This document shows positions 34,783 to 47,812 of a DNA stretch of 64,000 bases, in pieces. The translations under genes were made by a program, and so were the position numbers. The DNA comes from Narcine bancroftii. Lineage: Eukaryota. The stretch covers positions 43,152,001 to 43,216,000 of the forward strand of contig NC_091476.1 in the NCBI RefSeq assembly GCF_036971445.1, read 5' to 3'. The notes beneath the pieces were generated by a model, which saw only the letters and a list, made by a program, of their open reading frames with translations, had not been told where the DNA came from and made no database searches. Numbering within the stretch: position 1 is the first letter of the stretch; each line of letters opens with the position of its first letter.

Positions 34783-37102
34783 TGTTCACTTCTGCTGTGA
34801 ATGCACTGTACAATGTAACCCTCTGGGCTTCTTGGATAGAAAATTCTGAAGGTTCATCCTCTCAGGGTGAACATTTTGTTCCCACTCATAGCTACCTTGA
34901 ATGGCAATAGCTTTACCTTGAGATCATTGATTCTCTAAAACCTAGTCAGGAAAATGTCAGCAAGGCATCTGCCCTCGGAAACACGAGAAGGATTTGGCAC
35001 ACTTGCATAAGATATCTTGTTCTCATCTCTGGGGAGAATTAGAATAGTCTGCTTTATCTCTCCCCATAGAACAATTCTCCTCTCATGTCAGGAATCAAGT
35101 AAAATTCTCCGACCCATGATCTTGATGAATGGTGATCTAGACTCTTGCTCCTAAGTGTTATCAAGTTTCAAGATTAAATTTCCATTTATTATCCCGTAAT
35201 AGTACATACAAATGTAATATACATGATATATTTCAATCTGCCATCAGGTAACCGTCACCATGAGCATTGCCCTGTACCCCTAACAATAGGAGAAAGAGAA
35301 GCAAAAGATTGTCCCTTCAGAGCCACTGGATTTGTCTCGAGCATTCCCGCAATCTCTGCAATCACGGACTCCAGATCGATCCATTGGCAGCCCGAGATCC
35401 ACATACATGATCAGGGAGCCTTCGCTGCCCGAGGCCCTTCTTGCTCTCAACACCCTCTCAACACCCAGATCCGATACCTGGTTCCCATGAACCAGTCTCC
35501 CACAGCCCATACCTGTGCAAGCCCTTCGACCGCAGGTCATCAACAGCCCACAGCTGTGTGCTTCCATCAGCTGCTGAACCCCCCCACCCCCACCGCTCTG
35601 TTGTCGCAGTCATCTTCCCTGCAGGGTCATCTCCCGTTCTTGTCCTTCTCAACAGGGGGAGGTTCTCCCTATTTCTGAAGCCTTGCTGCTCCCCCAGCAT
35701 CTGCAACCCCTCATGGTCCATGGCCCAGTGCTAGCATTGCCTTTTTGTGATCCTCTGTGGTAGAAGGATTTGGGAAACAAACATTTGCCTCCTTTAGCAG
35801 GTTGTTTTCAAGCCTGCACAGGACTCTGCAAAGCTGCGCTGTGTCACCACTCCCTGCTTTCCCAGGCCTACTAGCTCTACCATTACAGGAGTGCTGACAG
35901 TACCCACATTTTTTTCATGCACTCCTGTTGAACCCTTCCCTTCTGTTCCAGCCTTCTGGCAAGCTTCTCCAAAATGTGTGGGTGATGAGTGTTGAGTGAC
36001 AGTTTTTCCCAACTGGTTGTGAATCTCTGGAATTCTCCACCTTTGAGGGTGATGGCGACTTGATTATTGATGATATTGAAGGTGCAGATAGATAAATATT
36101 TGAAAGATGGAGGAGTTGAGGGTTGTGGGGAGCTGACACAGAAGAGTTGAAGCCAGTGTAGGTCCACCATGATCATATTGAATGGCAGGGCATGATTAAA
36201 GGACTGAATGGCCTGCCCCTCCTTTCTTCTGTCTGTGTTTGCCACCAGGGATGGGAGTGTTAAACTGCTGCTTGTTCCACTTTCCAGCATGGCTTTGTAA
36301 TAGCACTGATTTGCCACAGCTTACAAACAAATAAAGAATGCACTCACTCATTTCTTTCAGCACACCATGAAGCCGATTTTCTTTTATCATTCACTGGACA
36401 CAACATTGCTTTCTTCAACTCCCCAAACACCACCCAGCCAAACTCCTGGCCTTCTCATTGGCTCACTGCCACACAGGTGATCCTGACATTCGCACTCTCC
36501 TCCCAACGAAGTACGCGACCTTGACAGCTTCAATCTTGTGAAATGGCTTGTGGATGTGGGTAAGGACTCTGACTCCTTTCAGGCTTGCAGATATGCCCTC
36601 AGCACCTTGTGCAGCAGATCAATGCTCTCTGAACTGCTCCCGGGGTTTGCAACAAAGCAGAAAACTGGGCTGGAAGCTTGAATTGGAGCAAGGATATTAA
36701 CGTGGCACTTGCACTGGGTCACATGCCTGTGGTTTCATCAGGCATTGTGATCAGCCCACCCAATTCACGGAAGAATCCATTCTGTCTCTGGCAGAGGAGG
36801 GTGAAGTGGATGCTGAACTGGATTCAGACACCTCTGACCAGAGCCGATGAATTGCTGCCTTTGCTTTCCTATCCTTCATTCAATGGCAAATCTGCAGGTA
36901 TTGGGGCGTATAAAAATCACTAGACTCCTACTACAGATGCTGGGTCTGAGAATCCAGAGGAGTTTGAACCTGACTCCAGCAACTGCGGAATTTAAAACAA
37001 ACCACCGGACTTAGATGGCGACCAGGAAGTTCAAGGTTCAAGCTTCCGTTTATTGGACACAATTATATATTAAAAATGTAACATACATGATACATTTTAT
37101 GT

Positions 37103-37385
37103 CAGTGTTTTTCAAGCTTTTTCTTTTCACTCACATAGCGCTTTAAGTAATCCCTTACTAATCACAGAGCACTGACGGCATAGAGATTATTTAAGGTGGT
37201 ATGTAGTGGGAAGGGAAGGCTGAGAACCATGCTCTGGACCAAATTGTTACTGAAATATTTTGCTTTGGAGTTATGAAACCGTGTACATAACAAGTCAATT
37301 AGGGATGATTAAAGCAGTGGTTTTCTTTTTTTTCCTTTCTACTCACATATCACTTAAATAATCCCTTATTTAAGTAATTCCTTAA
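37103..37385. mobile_element. Truncated hAT MITE of the 21675 family, opposite orientation
   Basis: CAGTGTTTTTCAAGCTTT end, then AATCCCTTACTAATCACAGAGCAC and GGAAGGCTGAGAACCA internal blocks. Confidence 0.8.
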
Positions 37386-38069
37386 ATAAGCCTCTCATTG
37401 GTCCACTGGCATAGTCACCTTCCCTGTAGGATCATCTACCATGCTTCTCCTTCTCAATGGGAGTTGTTTCTGGTGTCCGGCACTGATCCACAACTCCCCC
37501 GGCATCTGCAACCCTCATGTTCTATTGCCTAGGACCAGGTAAATCTTTAAGGGAAGGAGCTCATCAAAATGGCAGCAAGGTTTGTTGAGACTTGAGAATG
37601 GTGAGAGGGGCTGCCATGAACCAGGGAGGTGGGCCTGCCGAGAACCGGGAGGGGGTGCTGCCTCTTTTGCCACAACGTGCCGGAGAGTTCCGTATCAGTC
37701 CCAAACTAGCCCAGTGAGATGTCTGAATGGCCTGGTGCAGTGTGGGAGCTCCGCTGAGCTCTGGCAGCACTGCATCCCTACCCAGGACAGGCACTGGCAT
37801 CTTGGCAGTCTTTACAGTTCATGGATGTCATACAGCCATAGTTGTATAGCACGAAAACAGGCCCTATGACCCAACTCACTCATGCTGACCAAGTTGTCCA
37901 CCCATGATAGTCTCATTGACCTGCATTTGTCCCATTTCATTCTCTGCCTTTCCTATCCAACAACCCATCTAAATGTCTTTTAAACATGAAAATTGTACCC
38001 ACCCCTAACCCTCCCTCCCTCTGGCTGCAAGATCCATACTCTTACTAAATAAATGTTGCTCCAAAGGTC

Positions 38070-40380
38070 CCAGGAGGAGAAAATATTTCACCTTTCCAGT
38101 GATCATTTGGGGATCAGAAGTGAAGTGGGTGAACAAATTTAAGTTCTTGGGAGTCACTATCTCAGAGGATCTTTCCTGCACCCAACACACCAATGGCATC
38201 ATAAAGAAAGCACGTTCAGCACCTCAACTTTGTCAGGAGTTTGCGGAGGTTTGACATGCACAAGAAACCCTGGCAAATTTCTGCAGAGGTGTGGTAACTG
38301 GCTGTGTCACATATGGGAACACCAAATCGCGAGGGCAAAGCCCTCCAAAAGGTATTGGACACAGCCCAGGGTATCACAGGCAAAACCCTCCCCACTATTG
38401 AATACATCTACAGGAAACGCTGCCATCGGAGAGCAGCAGCAATCAAGATCCACACTACTCAGCGCACTCTCTGCCATCAGGAAAGAGGTATAGATCCCAC
38501 AAGAGTCACAACACCCGCTTCAGGAACAGATGCTACCCCTCCACCATCAGTGTCCTCAATGAGAAACTCAGTCACATTTAAGGATTCTCGTGCACTATTT
38601 ATTCTTTTTGTTCTCTGTATTGCACAGTCAATGTTTACATTCGTTATCCATTTACAGTTCTTTGTTTACATGTTTTATGCTGTGTACTGTTTATTTTGCA
38701 CTACCAATTAGTGGTAATTCTGCCATGCACACAGGAAAAAGAAATCTCAGGGTTGTATGTGATGTCATGTATCCTGACAATAAATCAGAAATCTGTGTTT
38801 GAAAGTTACTCAAGACCCTTTGAATTAACCTGCTGGACTCTCAACAACTCCAGAAAAATCACCTGGTGCAAAGGGAAATTGTATAGACAAATGCTTGACA
38901 CATGTTCTCCAAGAGCAGGTACAGGTGTGGGTTCAGCTGCTCCTGTCGGGAAGAGATCCAGGAGGATCAGAGCCAGCACCACAAGGCTGAGGAACAGCTT
39001 CTTCCACGGGCAGTGAGAATGCTGAACGACTAAAGAAACTGGTCACACTAACCATCGGAGTCTCTCATATTCATGAACAGATATTTATTTATAGGTATGA
39101 ATTCATATTTTCTCTCTCTTTATTTATTTGTTTGTCTGCATGCACATTATGTCTGCTTGTGTATCTCAGTGTTTTGCACCGAGGACTGGAGAACACTGTT
39201 TCGTTGGGTTGTACTGTGAAATCAGATGACAAACTTGATTTCACTCAACTATATCAAGAAATGCATTCCCCTGCAGGGGGAAAGTTAATTCCTCTCCTCA
39301 CACAACACAATATATGGGAGCTGAGAGGACATCAGAAGACAGTGAAGGGACTCTTCTTAATTACATTTGGGATTCAGCCCCAGGCTAAACCAAGGATCGC
39401 AGAGCTCATAACTAAACGACCTTCAAAAAGTGGCAGTGGTCATCCATTCAGAAGGATTACATCAGGTTGCTTTGGGATATGATTCACAGACAGCAGTCAG
39501 CAGGGGCTTGCACAATTACACGTGTCTGGTACAAACAGCATTGAAAGGAACACAGTCATGACTGAGGAAATGTAGACTATTGTATCTTCACTCTATTACC
39601 CTCACAAGACTCTAGTGTCGCAATGTTTCCCTGCATGAGGGGGTCATCCCTAAATTTACACCATCTGTAGAACTGCCAGACAATATGCTTTCATTTGGTC
39701 ACTTCGTATTATTAACAATAATTTTACCATGAATTTATGAAGGAGCTAGTCATAGACCTCAGGGAGTGGAGTTCACTCTTCTGTCCACATCAACAATGCA
39801 GAGGTAAAGATAAGAGACAGCTTTAAGTATGTAAACATTCCTAACAACTTGTCCTGGACCAACCCAGTTGACTCGATGGCCTTGAGGAAATTTGACGTGT
39901 CCCTGCATTCCCTCAACAAACTCTAGAGGTGACCTTCGAGAGTATGCCACCAGGGAGAGGCACTGCGCGCTTGTAGCACAACGTGGGATGGGAGCTCCTT
40001 TGGCCAAGACCACGAGAAACTGCAGAGGGTTATGAACACAACTCAGACCATCCCACACATCCCCTCCCCTCCATCGACATGTCTCAATGCCTTAGAAAAA
40101 CAATCAACGTATCCAAGGACTCATCCCACCCCAGCCACACTCTCTTCACCCTTTTCCTCATCAGGAAGACTCATGAATCTCTCCACCAGATTAAAGGACA
40201 GTTTCTCTCCTGCAATTATCAGATGCCTGAACAAAAACTAAAATAGTACTGTACCAATTGGTACAGACCAATTGGTCTCTCTCTCTCTACTGTGTCTTAC
40301 TTGTACGATACATGAGATGTCAAACTGGTCTGATTGCAAAATAACCTCTGCCATCTTGGCACATGTGACAGTAAACAAAC
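38070..40380 (+). mobile_element. Three Rex1/Babar-like 3' fragments (~38070-38795, 38930-39245, 39770-40380)
   Basis: KALQKVLDTAQGITGKTLPTIE and RIRASTTRLRNSFF remnants; characteristic 3' tails. Confidence 0.75.
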
Positions 40381-40434
40381 ATTGCCTGTCAGTTTATTGC
40401 TGGATTATCAGTGTAGGAAGATGACTCACTGAAC

Positions 40435-40775
40435 TATGGCCAGCAGAGCCCCTGCCTCACTGCTCCAGTGACCCAGGTAGAGTCCTGAACTTGGGAGCTG
40501 GCTCTGTGCACAGTTGTCACGTTTTTCCTGTGACCACATGGGTCCCGCACCCCTCCCTCCCCCCGGAACCAATTTTTTTTCCACATTCCAGACATATGGG
40601 GGTTCTCACGTTGATCAGCCGCTGTCAATCATCTCTTGTGTGGGAAAATGGATGAGGGTTGTTGAATGACATTGGTGAGAATAAAATGGGATTCGTGCAG
40701 GATGAGATAAGCAGGTGCTTGAAGGTCAGTGGAGAGTTGATGGGCTAAGTGCCTGCTGCCATGCTGTAGAACTCC
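40435..40775 (+). mobile_element. Decayed tRNA-derived SINE with CR1-like tail
   Basis: GCCTCACTGCTCCAGTGACCCAGG head, V-domain-like middle and GATGGGCTAAGTGCCTG.. tail. Confidence 0.55.
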
Positions 40776-41054
40776 AAGGAGCACTGGAGATTGAAGAAAC
40801 AGCCATCATCTAATAGATTTTAAAAAAAAACACTTGTCATGTTGAGGAGACCATTTAAAATAAGATATTCAACCATTTTTCTTTCCCCTGTCTTCACCCT
40901 GCCTAAAGTCAGAACAGAGCGACTTGAATCATCATTTAAGCAGAGGTTCCCTGAGCACAGAAGAGTCCATTTGGCCCATCCTGCTGCTGCAGATTGAAAT
41001 ACAGTTTCCATTTATCACACATGGAGCTGCATAGCACAGAAGTCACATCTTCGA

Positions 41055-42062
41055 TTTCCTCACCTCCAGACCACAATCAGAGAGAATTGGTAAGAACAAT
41101 CTATCACCACCGAAACACAACAGGGCCCATTCGACGCACCTATGATTGGAAACATCACACAGACTGCCAGTAAGCTTGGGGGGGGGGGAAGAGAGAGAGA
41201 GAGAGAGAGAGAGACCTCTACTATTGAGCCATACCCTAATGCCTGCCTAATCTCTTTTACACTATAGTGTTAACTGACTACTACCTGCTGGATGCCATCT
41301 AAAGGCTGCAATAAGCATCCAGCACCACTCGGTCCCTGAATCGCATTATTTCTGCTTTGAAGTATTGGGCACCATTGTTAATTTCAAGAATCTAAGATTA
41401 CTATGAAACTAGCCATTTACATGTGTAAACTGGAAATCAGGAGGCCAGAGAATATGACCAACCCTTCCAAACTTCTGTTGATTTTTTGTATACCAGAAGG
41501 ATATTCTTGTTTATAACTGGTACATGAGATTAAATGACCAACAACAAATCATTTTCCTGTCTTTAGGAAGAGGACATGCAAAACGTAATACACAAGCTGG
41601 AGCAATACCTTCAAAGAAATGGTATCCAATTTGTTCGCCTTAAATATTGTACCCTGTGACTGTGTTCTTTGAATGAGGCCAGTCTGAGTGAGGTGACCTT
41701 GTCTATCCAACACAACAGACTGCTCGTTGCCGCTCACGTTATTCGAATAAAGACCGTTTTTGACTTTGTGGTTTGTTACTGTACCTTTTTGCACCCTGAC
41801 AGAAGTGCGACTTGCTACCTCTCCACCTTCGGACTCCTGAACAACAGAATCATTCAGATACTTACTTTGCACATTATTTATTACTAAATGTTTATTCTTC
41901 TCCATTTGGATAGCTATTCTGTTTACATTTCTTTCTTCTTGAGAACAGTTATCAGCAATTTGAAATTATGTGAGGCTTTCAGGAAAAAGAATCCTAGGGT
42001 TGTATGTGATATTATGAATGGTCTCTGAAAATAAATTTGAACTTTTAATGTTTGAATTTTGA
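41055..42062 (+). mobile_element. Rex1/Babar-like copy with a heavily rearranged or replaced interior
   Basis: Ends 41055-41098 and 41813-42062 match other Rex-like copies. The interior matches only in short, out-of-order patches. Confidence 0.6.
41178..41214. repeat. poly(G) + (GA)n microsatellite
   Basis: Directly visible. Confidence 0.9.
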
Positions 42063-43099
42063 AATATTATGCCTGAAGCAAAAAGACTGGAATCATGGTC
42101 TATGCCCAGACTGGACACCAATATTTAACGTGCACAAGGTGTCAGGTCTGAACGTGAGAAAGCTTGCCCTTGCAGTGAAGGAGGATGGAATCAAAGCACA
42201 GTTGAGATTATTTAAGTTGCTGATAATGAGGGTTCCCTCAGTGCAGAACCCCAGGGAAGAAACAAAATTATGAGGGGTATCGTTAGTAAATGTAAGTAGG
42301 ATTTTTCCACTTGAGATTAGGAGAGGTTAAGGGTGAAAGGGGAAAAGTTTAAAGGGAACATTAGGGGGAACTTCTTCAGACAGAGTGGTGAGAGTGTGGA
42401 ACGATTTGCCAGCCGAAGTGATGACAACGGGCTCAGTTTTGACATTTAAGAAGAATTTGGACAGGTACAGGAATAGGAGAGGTATGGAAGGATATGGTGT
42501 AGGTCAATGGGACTTGGAAGAATAATAGTACAGCACAGACTAGAAGGGCCATATGGCCTGTTTCTGTGCTGTAGTATTTTATGGTTCGAAGTGTGGAGTT
42601 GGTGAAGTAGTACTTGCATTTGGTTTTCTAGATTCAGCCAACATTGCAGCACAATGCATGACTAGTTGTAGTGACCATGAATGTACCTGGATCAATATGC
42701 TGTCTGCCAGCAGCCTAGTTTCATTCAAGGCCAATCTTCTCTCCTGGTTCACAGTATGAGGTTACCCGTTTCACAAGTCTGAGATTTCAAAAGGAGCCTT
42801 TCCACATCTCGGAAAATCCGAACCTTTGGATTAACAGCCTAAACCTTTTCACGTACAAGAACATGCCAATTCCTCATCTCTTCCCCAAAACATCTAATAT
42901 AGTGCCACAGAGAGGTAGTCTCTTGTGGTGCTGAGCAACATATACCAGTGGAACCAAACTTTGGAAGTGAGTACGATAAGTTTAATGCATGTGATACTGG
43001 CCACATTTTACCACTTGGTTAACTATGTTAGCTGAGAAAGTCCACGATACAAAAGTAAAACTGCTGCAAACTGTCGTCAGTGTGAATGTGAGTGGTAGA

Positions 43100-44310
43100 A
43101 AGCCAAGTCTATTGTCATCTGATTGCATAAGTACAACCCAATGAAACAGCATTCTCCGGTCGTCAGTGCAAAGCATGCAGATACACAACCAGACCTCACA
43201 CACATACAATCAAATAATACATATGTAGTTTGCTTACATACAGATAAATAATTAAATATTTTTTCGTAAATATGAAAGTCTCAGATGGCTTGTATGAGCA
43301 ATTCCTTTGATCGTTCTGCATTCTCACTGAACTGTGGGAAAAAGGTGTTCCTCAGCCTAGCAGTGTTGGATCTGAAACGCTTACAACTCTTTCCAGCGGG
43401 AGCTGCTAGAAGGTGCTGTGTGCAAGTTGGAAAGGATCCTCGATGATTTTGCATGCCCTTTTTAGACAGCGATCCTGGTAGACACATCGATGAGGGGGGG
43501 GTGGAGAGAAGAAAGACTCCAGTGGTTCTCTCTCCCACTCTAATGGTCCTGCAGATTGACCTCTGATCCATTTCTTTGCAACAACTCTACCACACTGTGA
43601 TGCAGCCAGCCAGGACACTCTCAATAGAGCTCCCAGTAATCTTGCTGCTTCAGTCTTCCCAGGTAGATGTGTGTCCATGATAGGTCACTAGTTAAGTGAA
43701 TTCCAAGGAACTTGGTGCACTCCACACCCTTCACTACAGACTTCAGAGTTATTGATGTGTGGTGGAGGGTGGTCATTCCTGATCTTCCTGAAGTCCATGA
43801 TTATCTCCTTCGTCTTGTCCATATTGACCTTAGGTTGTTACTCTTATCTGCAGTGTGACTCATTATTATTGCTGATGAAGCCGTCTACTGTTCTGTCATC
43901 TGAAAACTTGATGACAATGCTGGACCTAACGATGCAGTCGTGGGTGAGTAGCATGAACAGGAGCAGGTTGAGCACACAAACCTGAGGTGCCCCAGTGCTC
44001 GACGTTCTGCTGCTGACCTGGACAGACTAGAATCTTTCCATTAGGAAGTCCAGGATCCAGATTCAAAGAGGGGTGTTTAGTCCCAGAGAAAATAGCATCT
44101 CCACCAGCCTCTGGGGAATGAATGTAGCAAACACTAAGCTGAAGGCGATGAACAGCAACCTGGCATACGAGGTGTTGTTCTCCAGAGTGAATGTACAAGT
44201 CTATAGCATCTTCTCTGGGTGAATTTAAATGGGTCCAGTGTCTCTGGGAAGTGTGCGTTCTATCACCAAACATTTCATAGGCGTGGAGGTCAGTGCCACA
44301 GGTTAATAGT
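43100..44310 (-). mobile_element. Rex1/Babar-like LINE, RT to 3' end
   Basis: Minus remnants RCLKRACKIIEDP and SNTARLRNTFFPQ; homologous to the 20040-21057 copy. Confidence 0.8.
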
Positions 44311-44394
44311 CATTGAAACCTCTTGATGTCACTCTTGGACACTGGGATGATAGTGCAGGAAGGATGGACTATGGCAGTAAGGTGTTGAATATTT

Positions 44395-44745
44395 CTGAAG
44401 AACTTATTTTCTGTCTGGGCACTCCCCAGCCAGATGGCATTAACATTGATTTTACTGTTTTTCACTTTCTTCCCCTACTCTGTCTTTTCAGTTCTTCCAC
44501 CCACACAGCCATTCCCCCCTCCCGCTCATCACTCCACCCATCATCTCCTGCCTTTGCTGCCAACACCCCCCCCCCCACTATTCTTCTGTTGCCCAATAGC
44601 ATTTTCTCATACTTTGATGAAAGGCTCAAGCCCGAAACATCAGTTCTGTATCTTTACCTTTGCCTCAGAGGACATGCACCTGCTGTGCTTCACCAGCATT
44701 TTTACTTCGACCACGATGTCTACAGATTTTTGTGATTTACTTCTG
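44395..44745 (+). mobile_element. Penelope-like element 3' remnant with hammerhead-like core
   Basis: EELIFCLGTPQPDGINIDF (GIY-YIG C-terminus), followed by TTGATGA-AAGGCTCAAGCCC-GAAAC at 44614-44638. Confidence 0.8.
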
Positions 44746-44940
44746 TGAAGACCTCCATCAATTGGTCTGCACAGTCCTTCAGTATGTTGCCTGATCCTGT
44801 CGCCTTGTGTGTGTTCCCCTCGGTTAGGCTTCTCCTCATCTGTTCATCAGGTGGACACTGAGCTTTCTTAGGCGTCATCCTGTTCCTTTCATTAAATCAT
44901 ACATAGAAGATGCTCAGACTGTCGAGAAGGGAGGTATTGT

Positions 44941-45279
44941 AGTCTCGCGCTCCGCGACAGTCTCGCGCTCCGCGACAGTCTCGCGCTCCGCGACAGTCTC
45001 GCGCTCCGCGACAGTCTCGCGCTCCGCGACAGTCTCGCGCTCCGCGACAGTCTCGCGCTCCGCGACAGTCTCGCGCTCCGCGACAGTCTCGCGCTCCGCG
45101 ACAGTCTCGCGCTCCGCGACAGTCTCGCGCTCCGCGACAGTCTCGCGCTCCGCGACAGTCTCGCGCTCCGCGACAGTCTCGCGCTCCGCGACAGTCTCGC
45201 GCTCCGCGACAGTCTCGCGCTCCGCGACAGTCTCGCGCTCCGCGACAGTCTCGCGCTCCGCGACAGTCTCGCGCTCCGC
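44941..45279. repeat. Perfect 18-bp minisatellite (AGTCTCGCGCTCCGCGAC), 18 units + 15 nt
   Basis: Directly visible; no variant units seen; 4 CpG per unit. Confidence 0.98.
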
Positions 45280-46251
45280 AAAATGGTGAATGTGGCTTCA
45301 ACTTTAACATTTAAAAAACATTTGGGCAGTACATAGATGGGAGGGGTATGGAGAGCTAGGAATTGAATGCAGGTCAATGGGACTAAACCAAATAATATTT
45401 CTGCACTATTTGTTTGGCTCCAGCCATGAAGAACTTTGCTGCATCTTGCATAGATGTAGTGACAATATACACCCTCTCATTAATTCCACCAAGGAGTGGA
45501 GTCAGAAGCAGAAATATCCAGCTCAACTTTCCCCTTAGGGCTGAGAAATCTGACCACCTGCCATCATCAGTTTTTTCCCAAGCAGAGAATCTTTGACCAC
45601 CCACACAATGCCAAAATGACAGAAATGACTGCACAACTCCACCCTTTAGCCTTTACGCAGAGGGAGGCTACAACACTCCATGCCCGTCTGTTCTTCTGTG
45701 TTCTCATCACAGCTTGTTATTTTTTTTTAAATAAAGGAAATCTGAAAGCTCCTGCAACTAAACAACTCATTGCAAGAAAAGAAATCATCCTCATCGCTTG
45801 CTTTGGGATCTTTCACCAATTAAGTTAAATCTATGTTATCTGATTACAGCACAGATTGCCAGTAGCAATGGATAATGGTGGATGATGGCAGGTTTTTTTT
45901 AAAGAATATAAAAATGGTCTGGTAGCAGGATTAGAATTATTTTATTGATAATTTGGTGTTTGGAACACAGTAAACACCAAGGGGGACATTGCTATGAAAA
46001 ATCAATAATTCATGGTTGGCAGTGATTCATACAACCTTTAGAAAAGATTGGAACAAATCGATTAAATGGCTTCCTGCTGGTGGGTGAGAGTATTCACTTT
46101 GGGCCTTGGTAAATTAGCAAACATTATTCATGATTAAAATCAACTCAGTACCTTCCCTTTTGCTAGTGTGCCCTCCCTCATCGTGGGGTGGGGGCGGCAG
46201 GCCGTGGGGGCATGTGTGTTGATGAGGGGCTCAGGCACCAAAGGTTGGTTA

Positions 46252-46653
46252 TTTCAAGGAATTCAGCTCAGAGAGAAACTCAGAGACTGTTCAGTTAGGC
46301 AAGTATCAGAACCCTTACTTAGGATCACTGGTTCAATACACAGGTGATCAATCAGCAAAGACAAACAAATCAGGAGGACAAGGCAGAGACAGAGTCAAAA
46401 AACCCAGTCCTAAGATCAAAAGATACTCACAAGTCAGCTGACACTAAGGAAGCCAGCTGGACCACTTACAACAAAGTGCAAAGACGAACTGACAGTGGGA
46501 AGAGAGCACACAGGTTATATACACAAGGGGACGGGATATGCTAACAAGATACAGGTGAGTAATTAAATTCAGGTGAACCACATCAGGGCAGCATAGGTAA
46601 TGACCCAGGAGGGAAACTAGACAGGATTTGGGAACCTGGAATGAGCTATGAGA
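46252..46653 (-). mobile_element. Probable decayed solo LTR (Gypsy-like)
   Basis: Ends TTTCA.../...TGAGA, a decayed TGTCA...TGACA. 5-bp flanking duplication GGTTA at 46247-46251 and 46654-46658. Interrupts a Penelope terminus. Confidence 0.55.
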
Positions 46654-47574
46654 GGTTATGTATCTTCATTTTTGCTTCATAAAGTACACTTTGTTTGACT
46701 ATAGAACACAGATAATAGGCCCTTCTAGTCTATGCCAAAATATTATTCCTCTAGTCCCATTGACCTGCACCCAGTCCATAATCCTCCAGACTTCTCCCAT
46801 CCAATTTATTCTTAAAATTTAAGAGTGAGTCTACATTTATCATGTCAGATGGCAGCTTGTTCCTCACTCACACCACTCTCTGAGTGAAGAAATTCCCCCT
46901 AAACCTTTTCCCCTTTACCCTAAAGCCATCTCCTCTTATATTAATCTCTCTGAAATTAAATGGGAAGAATCTATTTGCATTTACTCTATGCCTCTCATGT
47001 TGTAATCCTCTATCAAAACTCTCCTCATTCTTCTATGCTCCAAGGAATAAAGACCCAACCTATCCTGACCTAATCTTTCCCTGTAACTCAACTCCTGAAG
47101 ACCCAGCAACATCCTCGTAAATCTTCTCCGCACAAAGACTTGCCGAATTTCTCCAGCGTTGTGTTTTTGCTTCAATCACAGCATCTGCAGACTTTTGTAT
47201 TTTACGCAGTTCTTCCAGTAATCATTTTGATATTTATGCTCCACAAGTCAGAAGAACTATTTTTGCCTGTGGATATTTGGGACATTGGGTTTGGTTGTGC
47301 AGGTCCAAATGATGGCTTCAGGTGGTGAGTGAACAGGTGATAGTCACTGAGGGCTCAGTTAGTGTAAGGACTCACAGACACCAGCCACAGTCTGTGGGAT
47401 TTGGTTGTAATTAGGGTCTTTCTTCACTCTCTTTGTGGAGCAAGTTGTCACATCTTCTTTCACCCAACATCAAAGTGCTCCAGATGCTGGAAATCTAAAA
47501 TGAAAACAGAGAATGCTGGGAGTAGTCATAAAGTTCTACAGCCTAGGAACAGGCCCTTTGGCCCAACACACTTG

Positions 47575-47812
47575 GTGTAGGGGATAGCACAATGCTACTA
47601 CAGCATTAGTGATCCAGGTTTGAATCCACTACTATCTGTAGAGTGTTTGTACGCTCCCCCTTGTTTCTGTGTGGGGTTTCCTCTGCATGCTCCAGTTTTC
47701 TCTTCTATTCCAAAGACATATGGGGTGGGTAGATTGATTGGGCAAATAGATGTATTTGGGCAATGCAGGGTCATTAGGCCACAAGGTCCAGTTACCATCC
47801 CTAAAATTAAAA
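47575..47812 (+). mobile_element. V-domain SINE nested in a minus-strand CR1 fragment
   Basis: GGTTTGAATCC B-box and GTTTGTACGCTCCCCC block. Confidence 0.7.

Noticed and set aside
44892-45377. Repetitive ORFs (RSARLS)n and (GARDCR)n
   Set aside because: These are translations of the stop-free 18-bp minisatellite. There are no synonymous variants and no gene context.
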